From Giardia intestinalis (taxonomy: Eukaryota): a DNA stretch of 64,000 nt. Below, piece by piece: positions 20,356 to 33,699 of this stretch. The DNA lies in the NCBI GenBank assembly GCA_000002435.2, contig CM018791.1, one strand, 5' to 3'. The notes under the pieces were generated by a model. That model was not told the DNA's origin. It was given only the letters and a program-made list of their open reading frames with translations, and did not search any database. The stretch's first letter is position 1, and each line of letters opens with the position of its first letter. Both the position numbers and the translations under genes were made by a program.

Positions 20356-21444
20356 ATGCTCAACATAGGCGGTGTTTTCACATGCTTGTCGGCGGATGCA
20401 GGCAATGAGTTTCTCGCTGCGGGTAGATCAAATGGATACAGTGTGTTTTCTCTCAATCCTCTTCAGGAGATTTGTCGTAGGACGTTGCCAAGTGAAAATG
20501 GTGTACGTCTCTTAGCTATTGCACCCAGCCTTCCGATAATCGCTATGGTAGGAGGGAGCTCAAAGGTATTAAGTGCACAGCTGAAGTCTGCTTGTAACTC
20601 TGCGGAATCCGTTAAGATCCGTGGCATGGAGCACGCAGACACTCCAGAGCTTATGGCCCCTAACGAGGTCTTCATCCTTAACGATTCGTCTGGTGAGATG
20701 TTAAACCGACTCAAATACGGTTCTTGTGTGTCGAATATATCCATTCATAAGAGTTTTCTTTTTGTGCAAGCTGGAACAAAGCTTTTTATCCATCGACTAT
20801 CATCTCTGGAGTTGATCCATACACTGACACTTGCATGCACCAGGCTCGAATCCAGTGGAGCCTCTGCTGTGAGTGTGGCAGTTCCTTCAGACGACTGCAT
20901 TATTATTGCCACCCCCAGCTCTGTCGTTGGATCGGTGGACATTTATAGGTTGACACAAGAAGAAAATGCATCGGAGTTTAAGCGTAAGACGGTGACCATT
21001 AGTGCGCATAAGACGGAAGTGGCCTGCTTCGCCCTGTCTCCAGATGGGATCTATTTGGCGTCTGTTTCTAGTCACGGAACAAAGATACGCCTCTACCGGA
21101 CGATAAACGGAGCTGAAGCAGGGTCTTTGCGACGCGGCATTAGCTCTGCGGTGGTGGTCTCCTTGGCCTTTGACGCCAGCTCGACGCGCTTGGCGTCATC
21201 TTCCTGCAATGGGACTGTTCACGTGTTTGATGTTGTAGCGTGCAGGGGTCCATCAGATGACAAGCACAAGGAGGTCCGTTCGTTTAATACATACAGATTT
21301 GCTGAGAAAGCCTTAAAAGAGAGGGCAGGACTTATCATGACATCGTCTTCCTTCTGGGTTTTGTTAGAAAGCGGGGAGATTCATAATGTAGGCTTTTCCT
21401 CTACTGCTAACTGTATACTGCAAAGCGTTTGGAGTCTTAAGTGA
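20356..21444 (+). CDS. WD40 PROPPIN-family protein (Atg18/WIPI-like)
   Basis: ATG start. GSLRRGISSAVVVSLAFDASSTRLASSSCNGTVHVFDV matches the PROPPIN (F/L)RRG phosphoinositide-binding motif followed by the conserved S..GT(V/I)H(V/I)F blade. 362 aa. Confidence 0.75.
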   Translation: MLNIGGVFTCLSADAGNEFLAAGRSNGYSVFSLNPLQEICRRTLPSENGVRLLAIAPSLPIIAMVGGSSKVLSAQLKSACNSAESVKIRGMEHADTPELMAPNEVFILNDSSGEMLNRLKYGSCVSNISIHKSFLFVQAGTKLFIHRLSSLELIHTLTLACTRLESSGASAVSVAVPSDDCIIIATPSSVVGSVDIYRLTQEENASEFKRKTVTISAHKTEVACFALSPDGIYLASVSSHGTKIRLYRTINGAEAGSLRRGISSAVVVSLAFDASSTRLASSSCNGTVHVFDVVACRGPSDDKHKEVRSFNTYRFAEKALKERAGLIMTSSSFWVLLESGEIHNVGFSSTANCILQSVWSLK

Positions 21445-21472
21445 ATCTTTATAGGGTCATCTTCTGCTCCTT

Positions 21473-23740
21473 ATGGAGCTGCTTTTGTTTCTATCAATGC
21501 CACCGTGGGTGCTGTTTCTATACACAATTGCCATATACGTGTACACAGGAGCCTTTTATCCGTTGTCAGTAAGGCTTCTAATGCTATTACTATCACAGTT
21601 GCTGGGGCTTCACCTCGAAACTATGCGTCCACTGGCACCTACGCTCAACGACAGTGTACTCTCCTTTTACAGCGGATTTTTATATGTCTGTGCATACGCT
21701 TCTTTGTGGACATGTCTTTATGATCAAGCCTCAACCTACTTTTACTACAACGCCATTATAAGCTATTTTCTTCTAGGCCCAGATAGATTTATTAACCAAG
21801 TAGCCCGGGGTGTTATCTATCCAGATCTCTCTACAGAGGAGTCGTCAAAAGAATTGAATGCAATCCCTAACACTAACAGATTGCAACAGAAGTATACCAT
21901 TTTGCACTTTGTAGAGTTTTTTCTATCTTGGCTGATACTTTATCTCTTTGGCCACGAGGCCAAATTTTTTATCTTCACTGCATACTGCCTATTGGTTAGC
22001 GCCTCAATGCTCGTGTTTGATGGCTTAGAGACCGAAAGGTCTGTCTGTGCAATCTCGCTTCCTGTTACGCTTGTGCAGGCGAAAGAGCTACCGATGTATA
22101 CCTTCTTTCCATGTGCATTAGTGCTTCTTTATGGCATCGTCAGACAATATTCAGCTTCTGAGGATCCTACTACTCATTCTGCATACCTATTCGATGACGC
22201 TCTTGGGCGTGTTCCTGATCTCTGTAAGGAAATGCTTTCGTTGACAAAGAAGCAAGAAAAAAATGATGTTGTGTTAAAGCTGATGAACGTTTGTGCAGCC
22301 CTTCTGTATAGTACCAGTACAGAGCAGCTTATGGCTTGGGCAGCAAATATACTATCCATCGAATTAAACTGCCCCCTAATGCTGATTAACGATAATGCAG
22401 TCCATGTGGGTAGACTCACTATTAAGCAAGCCGATGTAGACGCCATATGCAGACACATACGCAATGACAGTCGCGCAACGAAGCCCTATAAGATGGTTGC
22501 TCAGTCATCAGTGGACCATACGTGCCGTATGTACAATCATTTGCGGTTGGGGAAGTTTTATGCATACATTGGAGGCCGCTCTACAATAGTAGCCTTCATT
22601 CAGCCTGAAAGACTCCATGATTTTATGGAGATAGCATCTCGTGTTGAATCCTATCTTCAGCACTGTCGAACCTTCTTCGCAGATTGCAGTAAGGCAGCCA
22701 ACACTATCCTGAATGGGTATTTACAACTGGCGGAAATGGAGGCTTCGTGGCGGAGTCTGCTTGATACATCAAGGCGGCCCTTCTATACGTTTTGGACCAT
22801 GTACCGCGACAGAATACTATCTTTACGTGGAGACTCAACTAATAAAAAGTCTTTGACCCGTGAACTGTTGCTTTGGTCAACGTACTTGTGCATCGTTTCC
22901 GACATGTTTCGTCTAGAGCCAGTGGGTGGAACACATTACGAGTTCCAACGAAAAAGAGAGGCTCCTCTTGCCCTCTACCTATTGGAAATATATGGTAGCC
23001 GCATATTAAATGCAGACTGTCAAATTGTGGCCAGCAAGAGGGTGCAGCAAAGATTTGGCCTTTTCCAGTTCTTCACAAGTAACGGCATAAATGATCAGGC
23101 TGTGCTAGCCGATATGCTGCGGATGGACATGGCCATCTATCATGCTATTATGGCATATATCTCAAGCTCCTTTGTACTTCAACCTTTTCACGATTCCTTT
23201 AGGTGTAAGATTGCCCGTGGATCACTCTTCCGGAAGCTTGAGCTCTCCGATCTTCTTGCGTACTATCGGAACAATAACTTCACTAATGGAAAAACGCGCA
23301 AGGTGGAGAGCTGTTCGGAACTCGTAAGTTACATCGATGAGCTAACAAATGAAATAATCCTAATCAGCAGCCAGTGCATCCTTAACTTTTGTGCGTGGTT
23401 CAGTGTAACAATTGATCTTCCCATCAGTAAGCTACACGTGCTGGACATCGTCGACGGTACAACGAAGGCAGAATCCTCTCAACAGAGACGGAGTATTATG
23501 CATAGCTTACAATATCGCAGTAAAGAGCAAACAGGAGCAGCCTCTTCACATTCTTTATTCACGGATACGTGCAGTAGTCCGGGAACCTATGGAATGGTCC
23601 TTCTAGACAATAAAAACATCTCTGCCCGTGCATTCCTCAGTGCAATCCACATATTGAATCTTATAGTTTGCTTTCACGATGTCTCTGAGTGCTGCATCTA
23701 TATACCTGACTATGCTGCTGGACAAACCAGCATCCTCTGA
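21473..23740 (+). CDS. Hypothetical membrane protein (755 aa)
   Basis: ATG start 29 bp after the previous stop. Multiple N-terminal hydrophobic helices. No recognised domains. Confidence 0.6.
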   Translation: MELLLFLSMPPWVLFLYTIAIYVYTGAFYPLSVRLLMLLLSQLLGLHLETMRPLAPTLNDSVLSFYSGFLYVCAYASLWTCLYDQASTYFYYNAIISYFLLGPDRFINQVARGVIYPDLSTEESSKELNAIPNTNRLQQKYTILHFVEFFLSWLILYLFGHEAKFFIFTAYCLLVSASMLVFDGLETERSVCAISLPVTLVQAKELPMYTFFPCALVLLYGIVRQYSASEDPTTHSAYLFDDALGRVPDLCKEMLSLTKKQEKNDVVLKLMNVCAALLYSTSTEQLMAWAANILSIELNCPLMLINDNAVHVGRLTIKQADVDAICRHIRNDSRATKPYKMVAQSSVDHTCRMYNHLRLGKFYAYIGGRSTIVAFIQPERLHDFMEIASRVESYLQHCRTFFADCSKAANTILNGYLQLAEMEASWRSLLDTSRRPFYTFWTMYRDRILSLRGDSTNKKSLTRELLLWSTYLCIVSDMFRLEPVGGTHYEFQRKREAPLALYLLEIYGSRILNADCQIVASKRVQQRFGLFQFFTSNGINDQAVLADMLRMDMAIYHAIMAYISSSFVLQPFHDSFRCKIARGSLFRKLELSDLLAYYRNNNFTNGKTRKVESCSELVSYIDELTNEIILISSQCILNFCAWFSVTIDLPISKLHVLDIVDGTTKAESSQQRRSIMHSLQYRSKEQTGAASSHSLFTDTCSSPGTYGMVLLDNKNISARAFLSAIHILNLIVCFHDVSECCIYIPDYAAGQTSIL

Positions 23741-26700
23741 TGAAGAGTGTGGACACGCGAGAAGTTGATTTAGTAGGGTTTGCTTAAGCAAGTAAAGTAG
23801 ATTATCTTAGCAACGTTTAAGTTTACTCTGTTTCATCAAGGTTGGTTTGCCAACTGCTGTCCAAGCAAGTCCCACACGGGCCGCTCCGCTCTGGGCAAAG
23901 CCCGGAATCAGACTCTGAAAGCTGGATTCCATCCATCTCCGGCGGGAGAAGAAGATGTTGTGTTCCTTCCCCCGGTGGCCATCGCTTGCTTCCACGGTGC
24001 CTTCCAGGACGTCCCATCCTCTGGCCCGTCGGGGTCAACTACCGTCTGGCACTAGTGGGCACCTACTATCTCAGGACCTTGCATTAGTTGCGGTGACCTG
24101 ACCTTGGGAGTAGTCTAGCCTCCACAGAATCCAGGGTTCTGGTACTCCATGACAAAGATGGGATACGCTATGACTTCGGGTGTCTACCTCGTTCCTTGGG
24201 GTGCCTCTTCGTCTCCTCGTGGATTATACCATCAGTCTCGAGTATGATTGGAGGGTCTGCTCCCCGTGCGCCTCTATCTTGGAGTTGTGGTACGCGTTTG
24301 TGGATGCCACGGACAGCTCCCATGTGTTGTGTCGGGGGAGAAGTATGGCCCTCTGCTCATGGATCACAGTGCACTCTTGCAGGTGCTCCGTCACCCAGCA
24401 CGAGACCGTGTCGGCGCATCATTCTATGCAGTGCGTCTGGCTCGGCTGACGTGTGGGCTGGTCCATCTGCACAGCACACTTGGGGTGATGCTTCGGTCTG
24501 TCGAGGCGTCAGTCCAGGGCCACCTCTCCGAGGGGCGTCATCCGAAGCACCAAGAGCGATCAGGACCGGTTCACCGTCAGGTCGTCTCGCTTAGTGTCCG
24601 CCTACTCGAGGGTGTCAGGCACTGCCAGCTGTTGTAGCAGACGCCCGGCAGGTGGCCCAGGCCGCCACCGCTCTTCGGTGCGGTCATGTGTTCAATTTGC
24701 CTCCGTCAGCCAAGCACCCCAAGGGCCTCATCTCTTGTCAAGGGATTCATATGAATCACGTGTGGGTCCATCTCGACAAGCGTGGCGAGTGATCGGCGCC
24801 ATTGCCAGCTTCAAACGCTCATCTGCACTCGCTATCGCCTTGAGGGAAGAAGCATTCTCCTTTGTCACCAAAATGGGACAACATCTGAACCTCGATTCCC
24901 TGACTTCAGATGATGAACAAGCAGGGAAGTTCTTTGCATGGCACTTGCATGAGGGATTTGCTCGGACAGCAGTTACAGCGTCTGGCTGCATGTTTCTCTT
25001 ACAAGCCTGGTAATTGACTAGGCTTGCTTTACAGTCGCGGAGACACTGCTGCGTCTCTCTGAGTCTTTTAGAGAGACGATCCAGTTTAGTGTAGAAGAGC
25101 GAACGCGACCCAGTCCCGTTCCTACCTGCTGCTCTACGGTCTGCTGCCGCTACTTGTTGTTCTCATTTCCCCTGCTATTGATAGTCGCAATACTCTATGA
25201 AGCAATCGCTTACATCCATCCGCAACCCTAGGCGTTACGGCTTGGAAGGCCATGTCACCGTATAAGCTCTATGGAGGGCATTTACTAGCCATGGCAGATG
25301 GAGGTCGCTGCTTCTGGAGGCCCTGGTGCATGTCGGGTCAGAAGACGCTGACTCCACTGGCTGCAGGAGCCCCCACTTACTGTGACAGCTTGAACTAGCA
25401 CCACTTCGAGGACAGAGGATATCTACAGCCCGAGAGGACACTCCTGCAGAGAACAGATTCAGGCATAGTCGCCAACAGATCCTTGATCCGGATAGATGAG
25501 AGCAGATACCCAATTAGTAAGGCTTTGACTAAGCTACGCAGAATCGCATCCTTCAACACCAGACTCTGACACACGAAGTCTAAGGCAGACCATAGGTACA
25601 TAGCAGACGGGTAGAAACCTGCTTCGTAGTGTGTGGAGGCTTTGATGAGGCAATCGCGGGCTTAATGAAGGCCGGGACCGGTAGCTCTAACAGACAGTTC
25701 CCCAGCTTTGGAATACTTGCGATCACCATAGAGTCAATACAGTGAGTTATCTGCAGTAACAAACTTGTGGGGATAAGAGCAGAGTTCCACCAAACTAGTT
25801 AGACACTAATGGATCCTAGCGCGAACTCGCAGTATAGGGACTTGCAGAAGGCACCGCGTTCTACTCATCTGAGTAAGACGGCCAAATGAGTGGACCCATA
25901 GTGCAAAGACCACGAGGCCAAGGGCTCCTCCATAGCCTCAGAAGCTAACATCACAAGAGTCACACTGGCTGCGGAGTGCTTTCTGATCCACTGAGGCTTA
26001 GCGGCATGGCTTCAGTTCCTAGTACGGCCAGACAGGCTTGAGACACGAGATACTCTGTCTGCTGCAAAGCACACCTTCTGGCAGCGACTCTGGTCTATCG
26101 AGTAACTCTCGCATAGAGGAGGCAGATGGCTCTGAAGCGTCACTGCTCGCCTGATAGCTCTGAGTCATGGCAGAGGAAGCTGTTTATGAGAATGCACCCC
26201 TAGTGTGTAGATCCACATTTTCGTGCGACGTGAGAAGACGCTCCTGGATTGATCTGTCATGCCTCTGTCTGCTCTAGCAAAAAGTAACCCAGCGTATGCA
26301 CTAGTGATCTATGTCGCCATGGCATCTGTAGCTAACTAGCCAACGAGACAATCACTAGAGGAACCCTCGCACACTTATGAGCGGAGGTGCAGCCTGAGAG
26401 CAATCCTCTGGCCGCTAAGTGATGGAAGAGCAGACATAGCGTTGCTCCGTACAATCACACTCTCTCACCTTAGTAGCTATGTGGGCAGCCCCGGTCTCGT
26501 GAAGTCTGTGGATAAGCTGCTTCACCCCATAAAGCATCCAGAATTACTACAGGTGACACCTGCAAAATCTTACTGCGGGAGGCCATGCTCCGCTAGAGAC
26601 GTGGCTCTGGAAACACATTAGCTGATGGGAGCTCCCCTCTGGCGTTCTTAGCGGCGGTGTCTGTCTACAATAGCTCTTACACCCACTGCCTGTATATGGC

Positions 26701-29700
26701 CCAACTGTGCCGTATTAGACCCCTGTCTCCACTGAACGGCTGATTCAAGGGCGATTGCCGTTACCAAGATGATACCTTACATTGACTTCTAAGAGCTGTC
26801 TTTGCATATATTACGCTGCTTAGTACTGCGCTCAAACGAAGCTTGCTATTGCTCCGCATCTATTGTGGATTGGAAGAGCAGTTAGCACTCTCAGTGGTCC
26901 ATGTGGTAATCGGAAGCCAGGGAAGTCTAAGTTGAGTGAGAAGCTTGAGAAGCGAGTAGCAGCCCTTATACTCCTCTGCCGGGTGATACAGAGAACTGGC
27001 TCGTTCCTTAGCGTCGATAGTTCTTCAGAATGCACGTTTCTTTGTTTGAGACCTGCATGCTTCGGATTGTCCTCTGTTGCCAGCAGAGCAGCCACCGCCC
27101 TGTGTGTCTCCTTCAGGCACATGCCCATCTATGACGGCGCCTCCTGCCTCTTCTCTGGAGAGGCATAACCGTCCCAATCCAGACACCTTGCTCTCAGCAC
27201 GCATCTCGTATCCAGCAGAAGCCAGGGGCTCATCAACCATATTCCATGAGCATCAGCGCTGTGCCGCTATGTTACTTCCTGTTCTTCTTGAGGGGAGTGC
27301 TCTGACCATCCCAGTGTCTCTATGATAGAAGAGCTGTGGATCCAGAGATGATTGTTGCTTTCTGGCCCTCTCTTCTGTTCAGTAGACTGCGAGAGCGCCC
27401 TTCAGGAGTCGGTCCCCCAACCTTCTGTTCTCTCGGGGAAGTGGTCCTTGGATAGTGCCACTTGGATGATTCTCGAAGCCTCACTGCACGGGTGCTGCTT
27501 TACAAACACTCCTGGCTGAAGCTGGACCCGAATCCTCCTAGAGTTACCTGCTGGCCCAGTCCTTGATTGCTATCAGCAGAGGTCTCAACCTTCCAAGGAC
27601 ATCTCGGGGACAATACGTTTGGCCCACGTCAGCGCCACTTCCTGGCAGGGGCATGCAGAAGATCTGCTCCCTCTTGTAGATCCATCATTGGTATCGAGAG
27701 CACTGCGCCTGCTATCCTCGCTGGAAGTGTCGGTAGACTGTGCCCCGTATCTATCCCATTGAAGAGTTGGAGGTCCGCCAGGGACAGCGAAGAGGATTTC
27801 ATCAAAACTCTGATAGTAGATTTGCCATCATGGCAGCCATAACGTAAATAAGGCCACCAGCTGTCTGATCCCTGCAACTTCCGGGGTGAGACGCCAGGAG
27901 GCGTGGCTGGTTCAGACTAGTGAGGGCTACTCTTGTCATAGCAGGCTCAGAAAGTAGGGAGCAGATGACGTACCTGATGTCCCTCAACGTACGCATGCAG
28001 CCTGGAAACCGTGCTCAAAGCACCGAGGCCTGCAGGGGAGTGGCATCCGAACAGGCCCGACAGTTATGACTGCTTCTGAGGACAAGTCAGCGTGACTAAA
28101 CGAGAACATGAGAACTCACAGAGACCCTCACAGTTTTGATGTCTGGGAGAACGCGGGGGCTGACCACTCCAAGGTTGTCCATCTCATGAGCTGGTTTCCG
28201 ATAGCAGGCATAACAAGGAAGTGTCCTCCAGTCATACACAATTTCATGCCAGCTCATCTCAGGGTAAAGCATCCTTGTCTGGCTTGCCAGTCCATCCATG
28301 ACGGCAGCAGATGTGTCAGCATTCCATATCATCGGCCACTTTGCTGCTGCACAGTCAGAGTACTGCTCGTGGCATTGCTTGCTGATGCTCTGCATAAGGC
28401 CATGTTCCCGTGGCAGTGACAGGTGAGTCTCTTCGTATCTGTAGTTCATCACAGGTACGGCTTCTCTTGGGTCTTCCACTTCTACGTCTGTCTGGTATCT
28501 CACCTCAATGCGAGTGGCCAGCTGCTGTTATTAGATCTTGCAGTATAACTATTACGCATGTGTGTGTCCATCAAGACTACCATATGAGGCTATACACATC
28601 TGGAGTTCTGTTTAGCAGTTATCAGACTCGATATCAAGATGGCACGGGGACAACACTCCCATTGGTCGCCGGGGACATGAATCATCATACAAGCCGCATA
28701 GTGCACCAGAGGCAGCACGACGGTGGAGGGCATGCCTGGAGGTAGATGGCGCCTACAGCAAGTGGCATGCTGTCGTTGTCAGTACAACGGGCATAGTGGC
28801 TACTGGACCCACACTTTAGCAACCTCAGTCGAAGCAGCTGCACATTGAAGGAACAAGTTATAAGTCTCGCCCGCACTGTTGGGTGGTGCTCTGCCTTGAT
28901 GCTAACTCAGCGGACCAGCCCTCACATCGGTGACGGGGAGCAGGACACCGCGCTGGTCACGTGATAAGATGCCTTCACACAATATTCTAACTATTCTAAG
29001 TCACGTTGGAAAGTGGCTAGCCCTTTTGTACTCCTCCTCTCTGAACGGGACTGGAGACACTTAAGGCCCCTTTTAAAGTCTCAGTATCATGGAACCACTG
29101 CCAGGCAACAAACCTTGTACTGTATAGCATGAGAGTCTTTAGGACATATAAAAAGCTGTGCGACCATAGCAACACGTCTTCGTTCACAGGTGCTAGCGGA
29201 ATCGATGGGCACTAGTGAAGCATATTAGCGGGTAGACGACATACTGATTCAGGCACTCTGCGTGCGGTCATGCCCCACAGCTCTCGTAATGGGCCACGGG
29301 CGGCTTGAGGACCGGTGCTCTATGACGGCGCGAGTGTGGAGTGGTGTGCCCAGAGCATCGCCGGACCGATAGCTTCAGCGCGGCATCCAACACGGTACAG
29401 CAGGGAGTTCAAGCCAGCTGAGCATTGGACCAGGCCCTGGATGGGAATTGAGGGTTCCTGTGCACGACTGGGCTACTCTCTAGATGGGACAGGGTGCACA
29501 GTGAGCTGGGTGGGTGCGATGCTGTAAGGTATCCATAGTCGTGTCGATGCATCTGGTAAGTCCACACTGCCGGACAAGCCAAGAAGACCTGAGGGGTAAT
29601 GGTGCCGTCTTGTTATCGCTATGCAGTACTTTAGGGCACGTAGCTAAAGATGTATCCCCTGATGGCTGGGAAAAGGGCAGAGCTAAATGAATAGTGACTA

Positions 29701-32700
29701 TGCCCATCATGAGCAGCTCCAGATGCTACCCAATCACTCCCTGGAAGCGCATATATCTCAGATAGGTGACACTACATTCAGAGTAGAAGAGGAAGTTGTG
29801 CACTGTCTGACCTGCCATTCAGGACCATGTGCGGATAAAAGGTAGCCCAGCGACTGACGCTCTGCATCACCTCCTCGTCCGCGACTTAAGCAACCAGAAG
29901 TCAGCCTCGATATGCAGGACAGGGGCTGCGAGGAGTAAACTCACCACGGGCCCGATTGTCTGACACCAAAAAATCCGGGACGACGACGGCAGCCGCTGTC
30001 TCCCTAGGAGGATGTATTATGCACGGTATCGACCTTGGTCCCCTAGACGGATTGTTTGGGGCACTCTGCACTAGCCCTGACTTCTGAGGCATTACAGCCT
30101 GTGAATAGCACAAAGTGAGGCAAAAAGATATATAGATGGTGTGTCGCTTTTATGGAGAGGTACTCCAACTTTTAGATGCGCACAGCTGCACCGGGATAGG
30201 CAGTTCACCTGGCTTACATTGGTGGCCTGCCCGCCGCCACATTTGTTGCGACAAGAAGCTGCACTTGTCCAATAGATTGAACAAGCATTACAGCGGCTTC
30301 TCTGATGATCCATGCATAGCCATGTGCCGTCCTAGTAGGTAGCATAGATACCATAATATCTAACCCATCTGTTGCTAGCAAGGAATAGCAGTTAATCGCA
30401 CTAGATACCCTTTTAGGCAGGCATACAGTTTCTGTACTTGCACTTCCACCAGTTGTAATGACAAATGTACATTCAGAAAGGTGTTATGGAACGCTCTGCT
30501 GCCTTTCAAGGTGAGACCTAGACCTACATATAAAGCTAAAGGCAGAACTCTACACATCAATTGTTATGATATTAGTGTGGTGACCGGTTTGGACTAAGGC
30601 ACGCTCCTCACCTATCTATGTGCTTGTTTGCATGCTCGCTGCTAGCGTTGGACAGGACTGCGAGAGGGTCTGCCTCGGGCTGCACCCTCTTTATAACACT
30701 TACCCCTTGATGACACACCTTAACAAAGGAGGATGTCGGCTAAGTGCGTAGAAGGCTGCCCGTGCATGGCGATTCCTGGAGAACCGGTTCATACAGAGAA
30801 GGTAGGGGTGACCAGCGGACCAGTTGGGCAAGGCTGGTGCTAGAGAGGCCAGCTACCGGTCTGGATTGCAATAGGGACACCTGTAGTATCTTTCTGCCCT
30901 TCGAGTGTGGAAAGATCGTGAGGCCCGCTGACAAGCTGGACGCTGCTTTTTGATTTTATGCATTTGTAGCAGCATAATATCTATTGGGGTCCACTTCGCT
31001 TGAAACCGAGGAAGCTTAAGTTCTCTCCGTATACAGGCAAGGATCATTTGTAGAGGTATACTGCGCAGGCTGGTATCAGTCGGCGTGGTTGCTGTCCGCA
31101 GATGTCTCACCTACGTCTTCTCATGGCAGATGATCATCAACAACACTTTTCGGCCACGTGGTGTTCTACAGTGTACCTTCACCTTCGACCAAAGGTTGGC
31201 ACACGCATTATGTAGTTTAGATTGCTCATCACCCAGGGTGGTATAGTCAGCTCCTGTCCCTTGCTTGTCCATCTCGTGCAACCATTTATTGATGGCCTTT
31301 CTAGATCAACAGGTGCCTCCATCGGTCCCACAAAGGAATGTGTCATGCAGGCGGCCACTACAGGTTAGGGTCTTCCTACCAAGGAAAAGGGTCAATCGGT
31401 TTACTGCGTGGGGATCCTCTGTGCGTCTCATATAGGCCTGACAGCCCTTGTGCCCCAGTATCTCCTCGCAAGCCGCTGTTTGGAGTCCACATGCATATGA
31501 TTAGCACCACGCATTTGGTTTCAACAAACTATTTAGGGCGTTAGACCCTTTGCACTGCACACTGAGTATGCTCAGCGTGGGAGGTACACAATCAGCATTG
31601 GTCTTCTCGGCTTATTGTATGTATAATATTACTGTTGCTTCGTATTCAACTAGTGGTCCAGCTCATGACCTTGAGCGCAGATGATGGCCCGTCAACGGGT
31701 ATTAGCGGCGATCGTGGCACGTACTTCCACTAGGGCACGGCCTCCTGGGTAGGGGCATAAGTGGACTTCTGTTATTCTGCGGGTTTGCTGCTCCCTCGGA
31801 TAGCAAAGATTGGAGTAGCCCAGACTAGCATTGATCATCTCCGAGTCTCCATCTGTCCTCGTTGTCTGAGGTAGGCTTGATTTCATAAACTGGAAGGCAC
31901 TGCACTGTACTCTGGATCTGCGAAATTCAATTAGGCAGGGCTGCTATCTCGGTGACTGCACTGATGTAGCCTCACACCCCGTAGGACCTACAGGGAGCAT
32001 CACAACCCAATGGAACCCTTTATTTATCTAATGCAAGTTGTAGCTGTGACCTCATAAGCGCAGGACGTTCTAGAATAACCGGTCAACTACAGAGTTCGTC
32101 CATTCATGTAGAGCCAGCAGATAGAGAGTGATATCAGTCTCGTCGATCGTCTAAAACGCACACCAGTCAAGTCTCACAGGCGAGCAAGCCCCACCTACCC
32201 CGTAGCAATAAGCATCGGTGGGTGTCCCTCATAACGATAAGTAGACAGGCTTTCAACGGTCACGGCACTCGCTTTCCTGTTGAAGGCCTTCCAGTCACTG
32301 ACCTAGGTCAGCCTCCTACAAGATCCGTGGCGGAATTGTATCAGAAATGCATGTTTATGGGACTCCCAGCTCAAGGTGTATGCTGCCGGATCCCACTTTC
32401 CATACCAGTCTGTATACAGCGGTGTTCTGGCCTCTAATGAAACTACACTGGAGATCACATAAAATATAATGCCCCAGTCGGGTATTATCAGACTCCTATA
32501 GCTATGCAATGAGGTCTGCTTTTCGCATTACGCATCAGAGAAGTATGTTGGGCTGTAGTGGTGCAATACCTCGTATGATATGGTTCGTGAGCCCAGAGAT
32601 AAGATGCTTGTATCAGTCGATCTGTTTACCTAGGGCCAACCATAAGTTAGACTAACGGTGACAATCAGACTCTGCTCGACTCCCTAACAGCAGATAGAGA

Positions 32701-33699
32701 TCCGACTACCCTAGTACCTTACCTGAGACCACAGGGACGCTGATTACGGGTCTGATTAATAGCTGGCGGAGCGACACGACAGGCCTAAGTTTTTTCTGCC
32801 GAAGTAGCCCACCACAAGAAACTCTTTGTCGTTCATACCAACAAATTCAGGTGCTGCGAGCAATCATGGTTCTACTACTGCTACAATGGACAGCACCAGG
32901 ATGATCCAAAAGGGGTAATGAAAGTCCTGGTTTCTTAGCTTAGGAGACAGCGCGGTTTGGGCAGTGCTTCTTGTCCAAATGTAGAAGTGTTGGCCTGCGT
33001 TTCCTGAACTCTAATTGAGTCCTTGTCATGCGGTAAGGTATCCTAAAATATCCACTACAAAAAGCGAAAAATAGCGCCGTCCACGCCCAACAAACCAAGA
33101 CGTCTCACGGGCTAATCTACGCTGGTTCATATCTTCCATGGACCCTAGCGACCACACCGATCTTCTCCTAGAATCTCACAGGAGCTCGTCTTTGAGTGCA
33201 GCTCTCCTACGACAGTCAGTGGTCGTGGACATTATATGGTGGAGGAGAATGCTACAGGGGCTGAGAAGAGAGTGCTGGCAAACGGGGGTCCGCAGGGATC
33301 CGACCCGCGCAAAGAAGGCGCAGGGGGCTGGCTCCTCAAGGATGCAGAGGCGCCAGGAAGGGAGCCGGTAGCGAACATGGTGCACAGCGGGAACACCCGG
33401 ACCATCCTCAGATTAATGGCAGGACAGAGGAGCTGCAGGCGCATGGGGCAGCATCACCGCTTGTTTTTGGATTTTCTGTTTCCCTGTGTGTTGCGTAAGG
33501 GGTTTCAGAGAAGGCGGGGAGTGTTGGGCTGTGTACAGCGGACGTACTTGGCACTCAATGAATTCCTATTTATTAAACAAAGTATCGTAGGGGACAGATC
33601 TTTTTGGATTGTCTGGCATAACATATAATCAGGTAGGGCGTTTTAGCTTTGGATATATTTACTAGTAGATTCTTACTTCTAATAAACTAATGAGCCTCA

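Noticed and set aside
24000-33000. Possibility that the ORF-poor arm sequence is an rDNA unit (Giardia rDNA is subtelomeric and tandem)
   Set aside because: Giardia rRNA genes are extremely GC-rich (~75%). This stretch is ~50% GC and shows no rRNA-like conserved blocks that I can recognise.
33236-33628. 130-aa ORF immediately upstream of VSP copy 1 (mirror at 40388..40780)
   Set aside because: Arg/Gly-rich translation with no motifs. It lies in the VSP 5' flank, where a short promoter region is expected. Treated as spurious.
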